A DNA stretch of 63,261 nucleotides, counting the filler, from Stramenopiles sp. TOSAG23-2 (Eukaryota), in the NCBI GenBank assembly GCA_900128395.1. It is 8 parts of 8 records of this genome, joined end to end, with 100 filler letters (N's around TTAATTAATTAA, not from the genome) between each part and the next. Parts side by side here need not be neighbours in the genome. Positions count along the whole stretch, not along the records: positions 26,739 to 53,349 come from LT649430.1; 7 more parts are not named here. One strand, 5' to 3'. Both the position numbers and the translations under genes were made by a program. Position 1 is the stretch's first letter, and every line of letters starts with the position of its first letter. Positions 35,579 through 44,749 of this stretch are shown here, in pieces. A model generated the notes under the pieces. The model was not told the origin of the DNA. It saw only the letters and a list, made by a program, of their open reading frames with translations, and made no database searches.

Positions 35579-35858
35579 TGCCTCCGGCGGGGCTCGAACC
35601 CGCGCTTTATTTTGAGAAGGAAATTTAATGTTAATTTCTTGTCGTTTTCCGATTTTCCTTAAATTTTCACTTACACCTTTGGATTATGAGCTAATGATAT
35701 TTACTTGTTAATTGTTGTTCTTCCTACAAATTGTTCGTACTTGTTAACTTACACCAACGCTCTACCAACTGACTGTATATTTTAATTTAAGGGAGTTTTG
35801 TTAGAGAATAATTTTGGGTATCACATTTTTTTGTACAATTGACTTACGCCACGGAGAC
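35579..35858 (-). tRNA. Elongator tRNA-Met(CAT) interrupted by three spliceosomal-type (GT-AG) introns
   Basis: Exons 35858-35848, 35772-35753, 35690-35675 and 35604-35579 join to GTCTCCG TG GCTC AGTTGGTA GAGC G TTGGT CTCATAA TCCAA AGGTC GCGGG TTCGAGC CCCGC CGGAGGC A, a 73-nt full cloverleaf. All three introns start GTAAGT, contain YTAAC and end in AG. Confidence 0.92.
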
Positions 35859-36257
35859 AGGAGTGAAAACTCCTGTTTCTGATCGCTATTGTTCACTGTT
35901 ACTAAAATTTGTGAAATTTTACGTATATATAATAAATTATTAATTTCATAATTGTGTAATGATACTTACATCGTAATTTTTCATGTACAACGTAGTAGAA
36001 AGATAGCACTGCCACTGAAAATATTTTGAAGACTTATTTTTTTGAACAGATGTGCAGTTGTGGAATAGCAGGAGTTGCAATAATATATATACCAGTAGTA
36101 TATACACACAGACAACAAATATAAAAAAAATATTTACGTCTGTATGTGCCATAGACAATTACAATTGATTATATATGATACAAACAATACAAACGTTACT
36201 AACACACGCACACAACTTACGAATCAACGCGTATATATATATATAGTACAATAAACA

Positions 36258-36779
36258 ATGTCGACAACTCCATCAACATCGTCACCAACTTCAATTATTA
36301 CAATGTCTACCGCAAAATTAATAAACCAACGTCATAAAAACAACCGTCCGCATCATCATCAACATCATGCATATACTTGTCCAAAAAAACTTAATTGTCC
36401 ACAGCCTAAAAATAATAATATTACGGATATAAACACAAATACCACTTTTGATATTCTATCAAAATGGTATATCGATGGTGAATTAGAAATTAAACAAAAC
36501 TTACATGAACATGAAAAATCTGAATTAATTGAAGAGATTCGACAGTTGGAACAAAAGAATCATGATATAATAAAAAGTAAAAAATTAACGGAGAAAAAAT
36601 TAATTGAATATATACATTCCTTAGAAACAAAAGTAGGAACTTTAGAAAATGATAAAAGAAAGTTACAAACAACCATTCAAAATTTGGAAAAGAGTTTATT
36701 AGGAGAAAATGATTGGTACGAGGAAGAACATGCACTTGATAATGCTTTAATTACTTTTACAAATGGATTGAAAAAGTGA
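36258..36779 (+). CDS. Hypothetical coiled-coil protein
   Basis: 173-aa ORF with a low-complexity N-terminus and heptad-rich C-terminal half. Confidence 0.65.
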   Translation: MSTTPSTSSPTSIITMSTAKLINQRHKNNRPHHHQHHAYTCPKKLNCPQPKNNNITDINTNTTFDILSKWYIDGELEIKQNLHEHEKSELIEEIRQLEQKNHDIIKSKKLTEKKLIEYIHSLETKVGTLENDKRKLQTTIQNLEKSLLGENDWYEEEHALDNALITFTNGLKK

Positions 36780-37933
36780 AAATCCTGCCAAAATCCTGCA
36801 CCGTGTTGGTGGAAGAAAATCCTGCACCGTGTTTGTGGAACGTAGTGTTGCACCGTGTTTGTGGAACGTAGTGTTGCACCGTGTTTGTGGAACGTAGTGT
36901 TGCATATATGATGTATGTTAACTTATTTAAAAACCTGCACCGTGTTTGTGGAACGTATTGTATTCTGGGTATGCATATAATGTTAACTTATTTAAAAACC
37001 TGCACCGTGTTTGTGGAACGTATTGTATTCTGAGTATGCATATAATGTTAACTTATTTAAAAACCTGCACCGTGTTTGTAGAACGTAGTAGTATTCTAAG
37101 TATTCATGTATGTTAAAACTTATTCTTTTGAGAATATGTCATATAGTCTAGGAATTTCAAAGAACTTTTAAAAAATTACGAGTCATACTTGTAAAAAAAT
37201 ACAAACACGTTTGTATACGCGCGTATTTTATTGACATACATTTTACATTTTGACCAAGACTAGAAAATAAAACAAGGTTAAAATTATATATATATACACA
37301 TGTACAACGTTCGTAACACATAAAATATGCTTTTTCGTAAATTTTAAATTAATGTAAATATATGATATGACATATATATTGATAATATCATACACGTTCT
37401 AATAAATTATTAAATACACACTCGCTCTCAAATACACTACTCGTTCCCACAAACACGGCAATACAGGGTTTTCATCGTTCCACCAAACCTCTGGCTCACT
37501 AAATCGTTACAGGATTTTCACGTTCCACAAACACAGTGGTGCAGGATTTTCATAAGTTAACATACATTATATATGCAACACTACGTTCCACAAACACGGT
37601 GCAACACTACGTTCCACAAACACACGGTGCAGGATTTTCTTCCACAAACATATATGCAACACTACGTTCCACAAACACGGTGCAACACTACGTTCCACAA
37701 ACACGGTGCAGGATTTTCTTCCATTTTCACACGGTGCAGGATTTTCTTCCACAAACACGGTGCAGGATTTTCTTCCACAAACACGGTGCAGGATTTTTGT
37801 GTTGCAGGATTTTTGTGTTGCAGGATTTTTGCAGGATTTTCATCGTTCCACAAACTCTGGTATGTACAAAATACACACTTCGTTCCACCAACACGGTGCA
37901 GGATTTTCTTCCACCAACACGGTGCAGGATTTT
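36779..37933. repeat. Foldback-like structure: two inverted arrays of ~26-27-bp subrepeats (TGCACCGTGTTTGTGGAA core)
   Basis: Left array ~36779-37090 (+), right array ~37440-37933 (reverse complement); 36790-36833 is the exact reverse complement of 37890-37933 (44 bp). Confidence 0.9.
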
Positions 37934-39416
37934 ACACCGACATGGCTGAATTTAATAAATTTTTACCTTCCTCTGCTTTTGTTTCCAATTCTGCTGGTTT
38001 CATCATTGTTCCTCTTGCTTTTATTATAGGTGGACGTTTTGAATGATAACTAGGTGAATGTTGACGTGCTGGTGGTTTCATTGGTGGCATACCCATTGGT
38101 GTTTCAGGCGGTGCTACTTCACCATTATCCATAACTACTTGGCGTTTTGATGGACGTTTTGGTGGTGCTACACGTTTTTTTGGTGGTGGTTTAGCACCAG
38201 CACTATTACTACCAGATGGTTTAACACCACGTGGTTTCACAGGTGGTGGTTTCTTTGGTGCATTCCCACCAACAACAGCTTGTGCTATCGCTACGTCTTC
38301 TTTCTTCTCTTCATCGTTATTATTTGCAACAGCATTTGGATTTCTTGGTGGTGGTTTTGGATGTTTTGGTGCAGCATTTTTTTGATTACCACGTGGTGGT
38401 GGTTTTGCTAATTTTGCATTTGAGATCACCGTAACATTTGCATCTCCATTTACTTTATCAGTTTCTTTTGCTTTTGATGATCTCCAATCGACTTTTGCGG
38501 AATCTAATAGTAAACTCGCAGGTGTTTGATATCTTGCCATTCGAAATGGACCATTTGGACGTCTACTTTTTTGGATTACATTGGCATTTTTATGGGTATG
38601 GTATTTACGACGTAAACCACCAAAAAATCCCAAGGATCGCTTATTTCTTTGAACTACACTTGATCTAACTTGTTGATTATTATTATTAGTATTACTACCA
38701 TCCGCCATACCTTTATAATACTCATCCGTATCATTAATAAAACCTTTGATATCGGCCACGACATCGATAATTTCGCAATTTTTTTGCAACGATACACTGC
38801 GATTTCCCATTGATACTAAATCGTTCCTATGCATTTTCGTCATCTTTTGTAAATACGATTTCGATCGTTTTAAACGTGCCTCTTCAACTGTTTGTAAATT
38901 TTCTAATATTTCATCCATCGATTCTTTATGCCTGAATTGCACTTCGTTTAACCTTTTAATTTTTGTATATATAATCATTCGTACAAAATGTTAGTATTGT
39001 ATGTTTGTATGTATGTATGTATATATCGATATGTGTGGAAAGGTAAGGAAATCTATCTTTCTATAAGAATGCAGGTAAGAATGTCGGCCAACCTTGGGCA
39101 GGTTACTCGCGGCCAACCTTGGGCAGGTAGGTACTAAGAATGTAGGTAAGAATGTCGGCCAACCTTGGGCAGGTTATTCGCCGGCCAACCTTGGGCAGGT
39201 AGGTACTAACCTTTTAATTTTTGTGAAATGTTGCTGATCTAACATTTTCGTCTTTGCAACCGTTTTCTCCATTTTTGCTGCTAACTTTGCCTTTACTTCT
39301 GGTTTTAAATCGCCAGCACTTAATTTAGTCACAAGTTTTTCCGCAGCCTTTTAATTTTTGTAGATATAATCATTAGTGCAAAATGTTAGTATTGTATGTT
39401 TGTATATGTATGTATG

Positions 39417-39448
<32 letters not shown>

Positions 39449-40391
39449 GAAAGGTAAGGAAATCTATCTTTCGCATAGGCAATTAAAAATGCCTTGGGCA
39501 GGTAGGTATGTCGGCCAACCTTGGGCAGGTTATTCGGCAGGTAGGTATGTCGGCCAACCTTGGGCAGGTTATTCGGCAGGTAGGTATGTCGGCCAACCTT
39601 GGGCAGGTTATTCGGCAGGTAGGTATGTCGGCCAACCTTGGGCAGGTTATTCGGCAGGTAGGTATGTCGGCCAACCTTGGGCAGGTTATTCGGCAGGTAG
39701 GTATGTCGGCCAACCTTGGGCAGGTTATTCGGCAGGTAGGTATGTCGGCCAACCTTGGGCAGGTTATTCGGCAGGTAGGTATGTCGGCCAACCTTGGGCA
39801 GGTTATTCGGCAGGTTATTCGCCGGCCAACCTTGGGCAGGCAGGTATGTTGGCCAACCTTAGGCAGGTTACCTACAAGTTTTGCAGCATCAAATTTATTT
39901 TTTGATTTCAATGCCTCATCCATTGCATCACCAAGTTCTTTTTCCACAGCAGCTGCTTGCTCAGCAATTTTTCGTTTAATAATAGTTTGCGTATGTTTTA
40001 ATTGTATTAAATTATTACTCAATCCTTTCAACTCTTTTGTAGATGTTAATACTTCTTTACATTCTTCTAAAAGCGATTTTTTCATGGCATTCCATGCAAG
40101 CTCCAGGGTCGAACCTTTTTCACTTTCAGGTAGTATATGTCCTTTTGAAATTTCACCTAATCTATATGCATATGCTTCTTTTGCTTCTGCTAATGTATCA
40201 ATTGCAGATGCAATTACTTTTAACGAGAATTTTCCATCCCAACTACGTTCCATGCAATCAACATATCCATTTCCATAATTAATTGCTCGGTACCCTTCCT
40301 CTGCCGGGATCATTAAGCCAGCCGACATCCAATCCATATTATTTGCAGGTACAGTTGTTGCAGGTGTTGATTCTTTTTTTTTTTTCGACAT
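37932..40391 (-). CDS. F-BAR-like coiled-coil protein with Pro-rich C-terminus, 3 exons
   Basis: Exons 40391-39876, 39347-39211, 38952-37932. Introns 39875-39348 (GTAGGT..CTAAC..AAG) and 39210-38953 (GTTAGT..CTAAC..AAG) give a continuous frame (..DAAKL|AAEKL..TKIK|RLNEVQ..). EAYAYRL..GSTLELAW resembles an FCH/F-BAR signature. Confidence 0.8.
39502..39813. repeat. 39-bp minisatellite, 8 perfect copies, inside intron 1 of the F-BAR-like gene
   Basis: Unit GTAGGTATGTCGGCCAACCTTGGGCAGGTTATTCGGCAG; degenerate copies flank it and also occur in intron 2 (39070-39205). Confidence 0.97.
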
Positions 40392-41393
40392 AGTTTTTTA
40401 ATAATATACACAATATATATATATATATTATATATAGATAATAGATAATAATATTTTTTATCAATAATTATAAATAATTTGTAGTAAATAATTTCTACTT
40501 GTATGAATGTATGTATATATAATCAACAAGGTTATTTTCAATTATATTATAAAATTGTGTATATATATAGCTATATGTAATTGTTGTCTTTGTCTCTCTC
40601 AATATATCTTTTCCTTGTATTTCAACTATTTATCTGTATATCGATATGTCTCTTCACATATGTGTATAGAAATATACATTTTTATTATAATACATGGATA
40701 TATATAAGTTGTGATGGAGGCGTATAAAACAGTACATAATATTATACCAAATAGTCTACAGTACAATCAGTAGGCGTATAGGATTAGCTATCGTCAAACT
40801 TTGTGACTACCCAGACGAATAGAGCAACAACAAAAACTGGAACGATATATTAGGAAAGTTGGGAAAGCCAAAACCCAGAACCACATTTTTTTCAGTCACA
40901 GAAAGAACCATATATTTTATCATTAGATTACAACTATTATACTTGAAATGTCTCTATTTTGTTTTAACATAGTACTAGCATTACGAGTCTACACTTTCAC
41001 TCAGATTCGAAGATTTTCTTCCACCAACACGGTGCAGGGTGCCAGGATTTTCTTACAAATATTATACTTGAAATGTCTCTATTTAGTTTTAACATGGTAC
41101 TATCATTATACGATTCTACACTCAGATTCGAAGAAGATTTTTTTTGAGGAGATTTAGATTTTTTTTTTAAAAGCTAAAAAAGTGGAGGGGATTGTAACAG
41201 CATAGGATTATCATGGTAACGTATTATTAGCATGCACATACTATTAACATTTATACAAGAATTATATATTGTTGTTTGCTTTTAAAAAACATAAATACAA
41301 TAGATAGTTATAAACATACACATAAATAGATATAGATGAATCCAGAGATAGACAGAGAGAGAGAGAGATAAAGATAGTTCAGGTATCATCAAC

Positions 41394-44300
41394 ATGAAGG
41401 TTACAACTCTACTTATCCTCCTATTAATTTCTGTATGTGCACTCGTCACCTCTACAAAATTACGTTCACCATCATACGTTCCACTTCACCATGACGAGGC
41501 AGGGTCGATACATAAACCTGATGTAGGTCTGTCAAAGGAAGAAATATTAAACGACGCTTGGAATGCGGTGGAACATAGTGAAAAATATGGCGAGTTATTA
41601 GGTACAACAAAGGCACGTGTTTCGGCACAACCTATGGAGGTGGTGCTGCCTAAAAAGCCAAGTGTACGCGAAGTTGATTATGCACCTATTGAAAAACAGT
41701 TAAAAGCAAATTTAAATGTTATGGAAGCATTAGCACACTACGTGAATGTATTAGTGAAAGGTAGTAAATATCAACCAGCACCTGATACGAAAATAGTCAA
41801 AGCAGATAATATGAAACAATATTATAAATTAGCAAAATTAAGCGAACAGATGTTATTTAAATGTAACAAAGTGTTAAAAGACATTGATCATACACGTACA
41901 TTTGATAACCATAATGCTTTCGTAGCAAAATGGGTAGTAGATGAAAGTAGTAACAAAGTAGTAGTTATTACGGAGGAGGAAACGAATAGTGCAAAACAAG
42001 TAATTTTAAAACGTTCTACTGTTAAAGAATTACAAGGTGTCAAAGTTGACTCTGCAAAAAGTGCTATGATGAAAGTACACTACGAGGCAGACATGCACCG
42101 TGGTAATCTCGTGCAATTGGCATATGATATGTGCGTTGCTGGTGGTCATAAAGTTGATATTCCAAATGAACATGTAGAAGCATCCAACCCACAACATTTA
42201 AGTGCCTTAAAAGCATTAGAGGAAACTATGAAATTATTTGTATTGACAAAGAAAAGTAAACCTTTTTTGGATTTGAAAGAGGAAATACAAATGGAAAAGG
42301 CAATGTTGAAGGAACGCACGAAAGATTGGATTGCGCACAAGAAAGTGAATGATAAAGAAGCACATGAGCAATATTTAGATCGTGTAGAATTGGATGATGA
42401 TATGGAACAATTAGCAAAACGTAAATCGTTTAATTTAGTGAAAATAACACAACGTTTAAATAGATTGCATGTTGAACGTGGCAGACCATGTTCCGGAACT
42501 AGGTGCGAAACGTTAAGGCGTGTCGTTGGCGCATTGAGGCGCGCGAAGAAAGCATTGAGCGATGCAGATGTATGCGATGCAGCAAGAACATGTGAAGAAT
42601 GTTCGAAAATGTCTTTCTGCGGTTGGTGTGATACAGAAAAAACATGTTTGGAAGGTAATGTTGTACGTCCAAGATTTGGACCAAGTTGCAGTGGTGGTTG
42701 GATACATCAACAAAGTGAAGATGCGAAATGCCCTGCAACAGATGGAAAAGCACCTGTAACGCCAGTGAAATATCCAGATCCATCGATATTCTTTGATCCT
42801 GAATGTGCCGGTTTCAACGGTACTCCAGGTGATTGTGCGCGTGCAAAGTTACGTTTAATTGCCATTGAACACATGTGCCTTGCAAAAGGTGGAACGAAAG
42901 AGGAATGTGAGAAAGAAAAAGAATTGGAAGCTGCAAAAATATCGATTGAACAAGTGCAACAACAGAAGGAAAAGGAAGGAACGTTGAAAGCATTGAAAAA
43001 ACAAGAAGAAGGTGGGAAAAGGATCGAACAAGCTGAAAATTTAAAGAAATACAATATAAATTTACAAAAATGTAAGGAAATCCATGCAAAACAACAAAGA
43101 TCACATCCACGGTTTGTTGAATGTGGTAGATTCATACAATCAAATATGAAAAATTCAATCGCAACGTCATTGTTACAAGTAAGTGAACTTACTTTTACTG
43201 CTACTGGTAGTAGTAGTAGTAGTAGTGCTACTGGTGCAAAAGGAACCGTAGGAAGTGCAACGAAAGCAGCGACTGGCGCAGCAAATAAAGCAGCAACTGG
43301 CGCAGCAAAGAAAGCAGCAACTGGTGCAGACAATGAAGTTATTACGGAAGATATGAAAGCAGCAGAGGAGGAACAAGCAAAAAAAGATGCAGCAAAAGAA
43401 AAAGAAGAAAAAGAAGAAAATGCAAAATTAAATGGTGATGATGATGCATTGATAAAATCACAAGAAGCAAAGGCAAAACAAGCAGAAGGTCCAGTTGGCG
43501 TGACTGGTTCGACTGGTTCCACTGGTTCCACTGGTGCGACTGGTGCAGCTGCTACTGGCCCTTCCAGTAATCTTGCTAGCAAGGCAACGGGGCCATCCTC
43601 CGTTACAGGTGGTTCCATTGGTAAAGCGGCTACTGGATTTGAACATGCAGATTCATTAGGTACGGAAGAAAAAGCAGTTGATCCAGATGATGAGGAAGAG
43701 GACAGATTGAAGAAAAAGAATCTTGCCACGATCATTGGTGATGGCATGGGTCCAAATGGCAAAGCATCATTAACTGCAACGATATCAGTTGAAATGAAGA
43801 TGACCGGTATCAATAAAAAAGAATTTGAAGACAATTCACCTGCATTCACAGCAGCTGTCGCAGTTGCATGGGGTGGTGATAAAAATTTAGCATCCATGGT
43901 ACAAATTTTAGATTTGAAACAAGGATTAGGGGTTGATAATGGGGTTGCATCTCCAGCATCTGCTGATAGTTTTTTACTTTTACAATTAGGTTCAGCATCA
44001 ACTGGGCCAGCATCGGAACCAAGTTTAGATGATCCAATGGGAGATGATACCGTAGTAAGCAATCCAAAAACATTACCTAGTCTTAGTTTTAAAGTATTGT
44101 TCCAATTAGTAGGAGCAAATGCACGTAAAAAAGCATTGCAAATTGCTGAACGTGCAGGTGGCGAAAAAGGTGGTAGCACGTTGGCATCCCAATTGCCAGA
44201 TAGTTTATCGAAAGCAACTCTTAAAGTTACTAGTCGCCCTAAAGTTACTGTTGGTAATACAGAAAGTACCAAAGCACGTAATATTGTTAGTTTAGATGCA

Positions 44301-44522
44301 GCTACGCGTAAAGCTCAAGAAGCACTTGCACGCCATACCGTGAAAGCATTAGAAGGTGCAATGTGGTCTCATCATAGACCTCATGCAGATCCACAAGTTC
44401 AAAAATTGTATAGAAAACGTTTTGATTGTAGAGATGATAATTGTTTAAAAAAATTAGATGATCAAATATCAGCTATCCGTCGTATGAGTGCTGATGCTGT
44501 TGATACGGAACAAGTTGAATAA
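41394..44522 (+). CDS. Large secreted protein with a PSI-like Cys domain, coiled coils and ATG/STG low-complexity repeats
   Basis: Signal peptide; CEECSKMSFCGWCDTEKTC..C..GW (PSI/plexin-repeat pattern); KAATGA and TGSTGS repeats. Confidence 0.8.
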   Translation: MKVTTLLILLLISVCALVTSTKLRSPSYVPLHHDEAGSIHKPDVGLSKEEILNDAWNAVEHSEKYGELLGTTKARVSAQPMEVVLPKKPSVREVDYAPIEKQLKANLNVMEALAHYVNVLVKGSKYQPAPDTKIVKADNMKQYYKLAKLSEQMLFKCNKVLKDIDHTRTFDNHNAFVAKWVVDESSNKVVVITEEETNSAKQVILKRSTVKELQGVKVDSAKSAMMKVHYEADMHRGNLVQLAYDMCVAGGHKVDIPNEHVEASNPQHLSALKALEETMKLFVLTKKSKPFLDLKEEIQMEKAMLKERTKDWIAHKKVNDKEAHEQYLDRVELDDDMEQLAKRKSFNLVKITQRLNRLHVERGRPCSGTRCETLRRVVGALRRAKKALSDADVCDAARTCEECSKMSFCGWCDTEKTCLEGNVVRPRFGPSCSGGWIHQQSEDAKCPATDGKAPVTPVKYPDPSIFFDPECAGFNGTPGDCARAKLRLIAIEHMCLAKGGTKEECEKEKELEAAKISIEQVQQQKEKEGTLKALKKQEEGGKRIEQAENLKKYNINLQKCKEIHAKQQRSHPRFVECGRFIQSNMKNSIATSLLQVSELTFTATGSSSSSSATGAKGTVGSATKAATGAANKAATGAAKKAATGADNEVITEDMKAAEEEQAKKDAAKEKEEKEENAKLNGDDDALIKSQEAKAKQAEGPVGVTGSTGSTGSTGATGAAATGPSSNLASKATGPSSVTGGSIGKAATGFEHADSLGTEEKAVDPDDEEEDRLKKKNLATIIGDGMGPNGKASLTATISVEMKMTGINKKEFEDNSPAFTAAVAVAWGGDKNLASMVQILDLKQGLGVDNGVASPASADSFLLLQLGSASTGPASEPSLDDPMGDDTVVSNPKTLPSLSFKVLFQLVGANARKKALQIAERAGGEKGGSTLASQLPDSLSKATLKVTSRPKVTVGNTESTKARNIVSLDAATRKAQEALARHTVKALEGAMWSHHRPHADPQVQKLYRKRFDCRDDNCLKKLDDQISAIRRMSADAVDTEQVE

Positions 44523-44749
44523 TTTTGCAAAAAAAAAGAAAAAAGAGAAAAAGTGTTTTTTGTCACGCTAAAAGAGTTGTTTTTTTTTTAGTGTTTCACT
44601 TTTTGTGTCGGGTGTGTAAAATATTACACTTTTTGTAATGTATCGTACGAACAAAATTAATTATATTATGATATAATGATATTTGATAAAATTTTCACAC
44701 ACAAGATAATATACGAATTCGTATGATATATATATAAAAAATATTAAAT

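Noticed and set aside
37536-38046. Several overlapping ORFs in the right repeat array
   Set aside because: Translations of tandem subrepeats in multiple frames with no protein-like features.
39396-39905. CRISPR-like array, or repeat-protein ORFs (RYVGQPWAGYSAG)n and (MSANLGQVIRQVG)n
   Set aside because: Units are contiguous and identical with no spacers or cas genes; the ORFs are by-products of a 39-bp stop-free unit inside an intron.
42707-44272. 521-aa antisense ORF (also 21552-22169 and 61981-62550)
   Set aside because: Shadows of real + strand genes caused by codon bias and low-complexity sequence.
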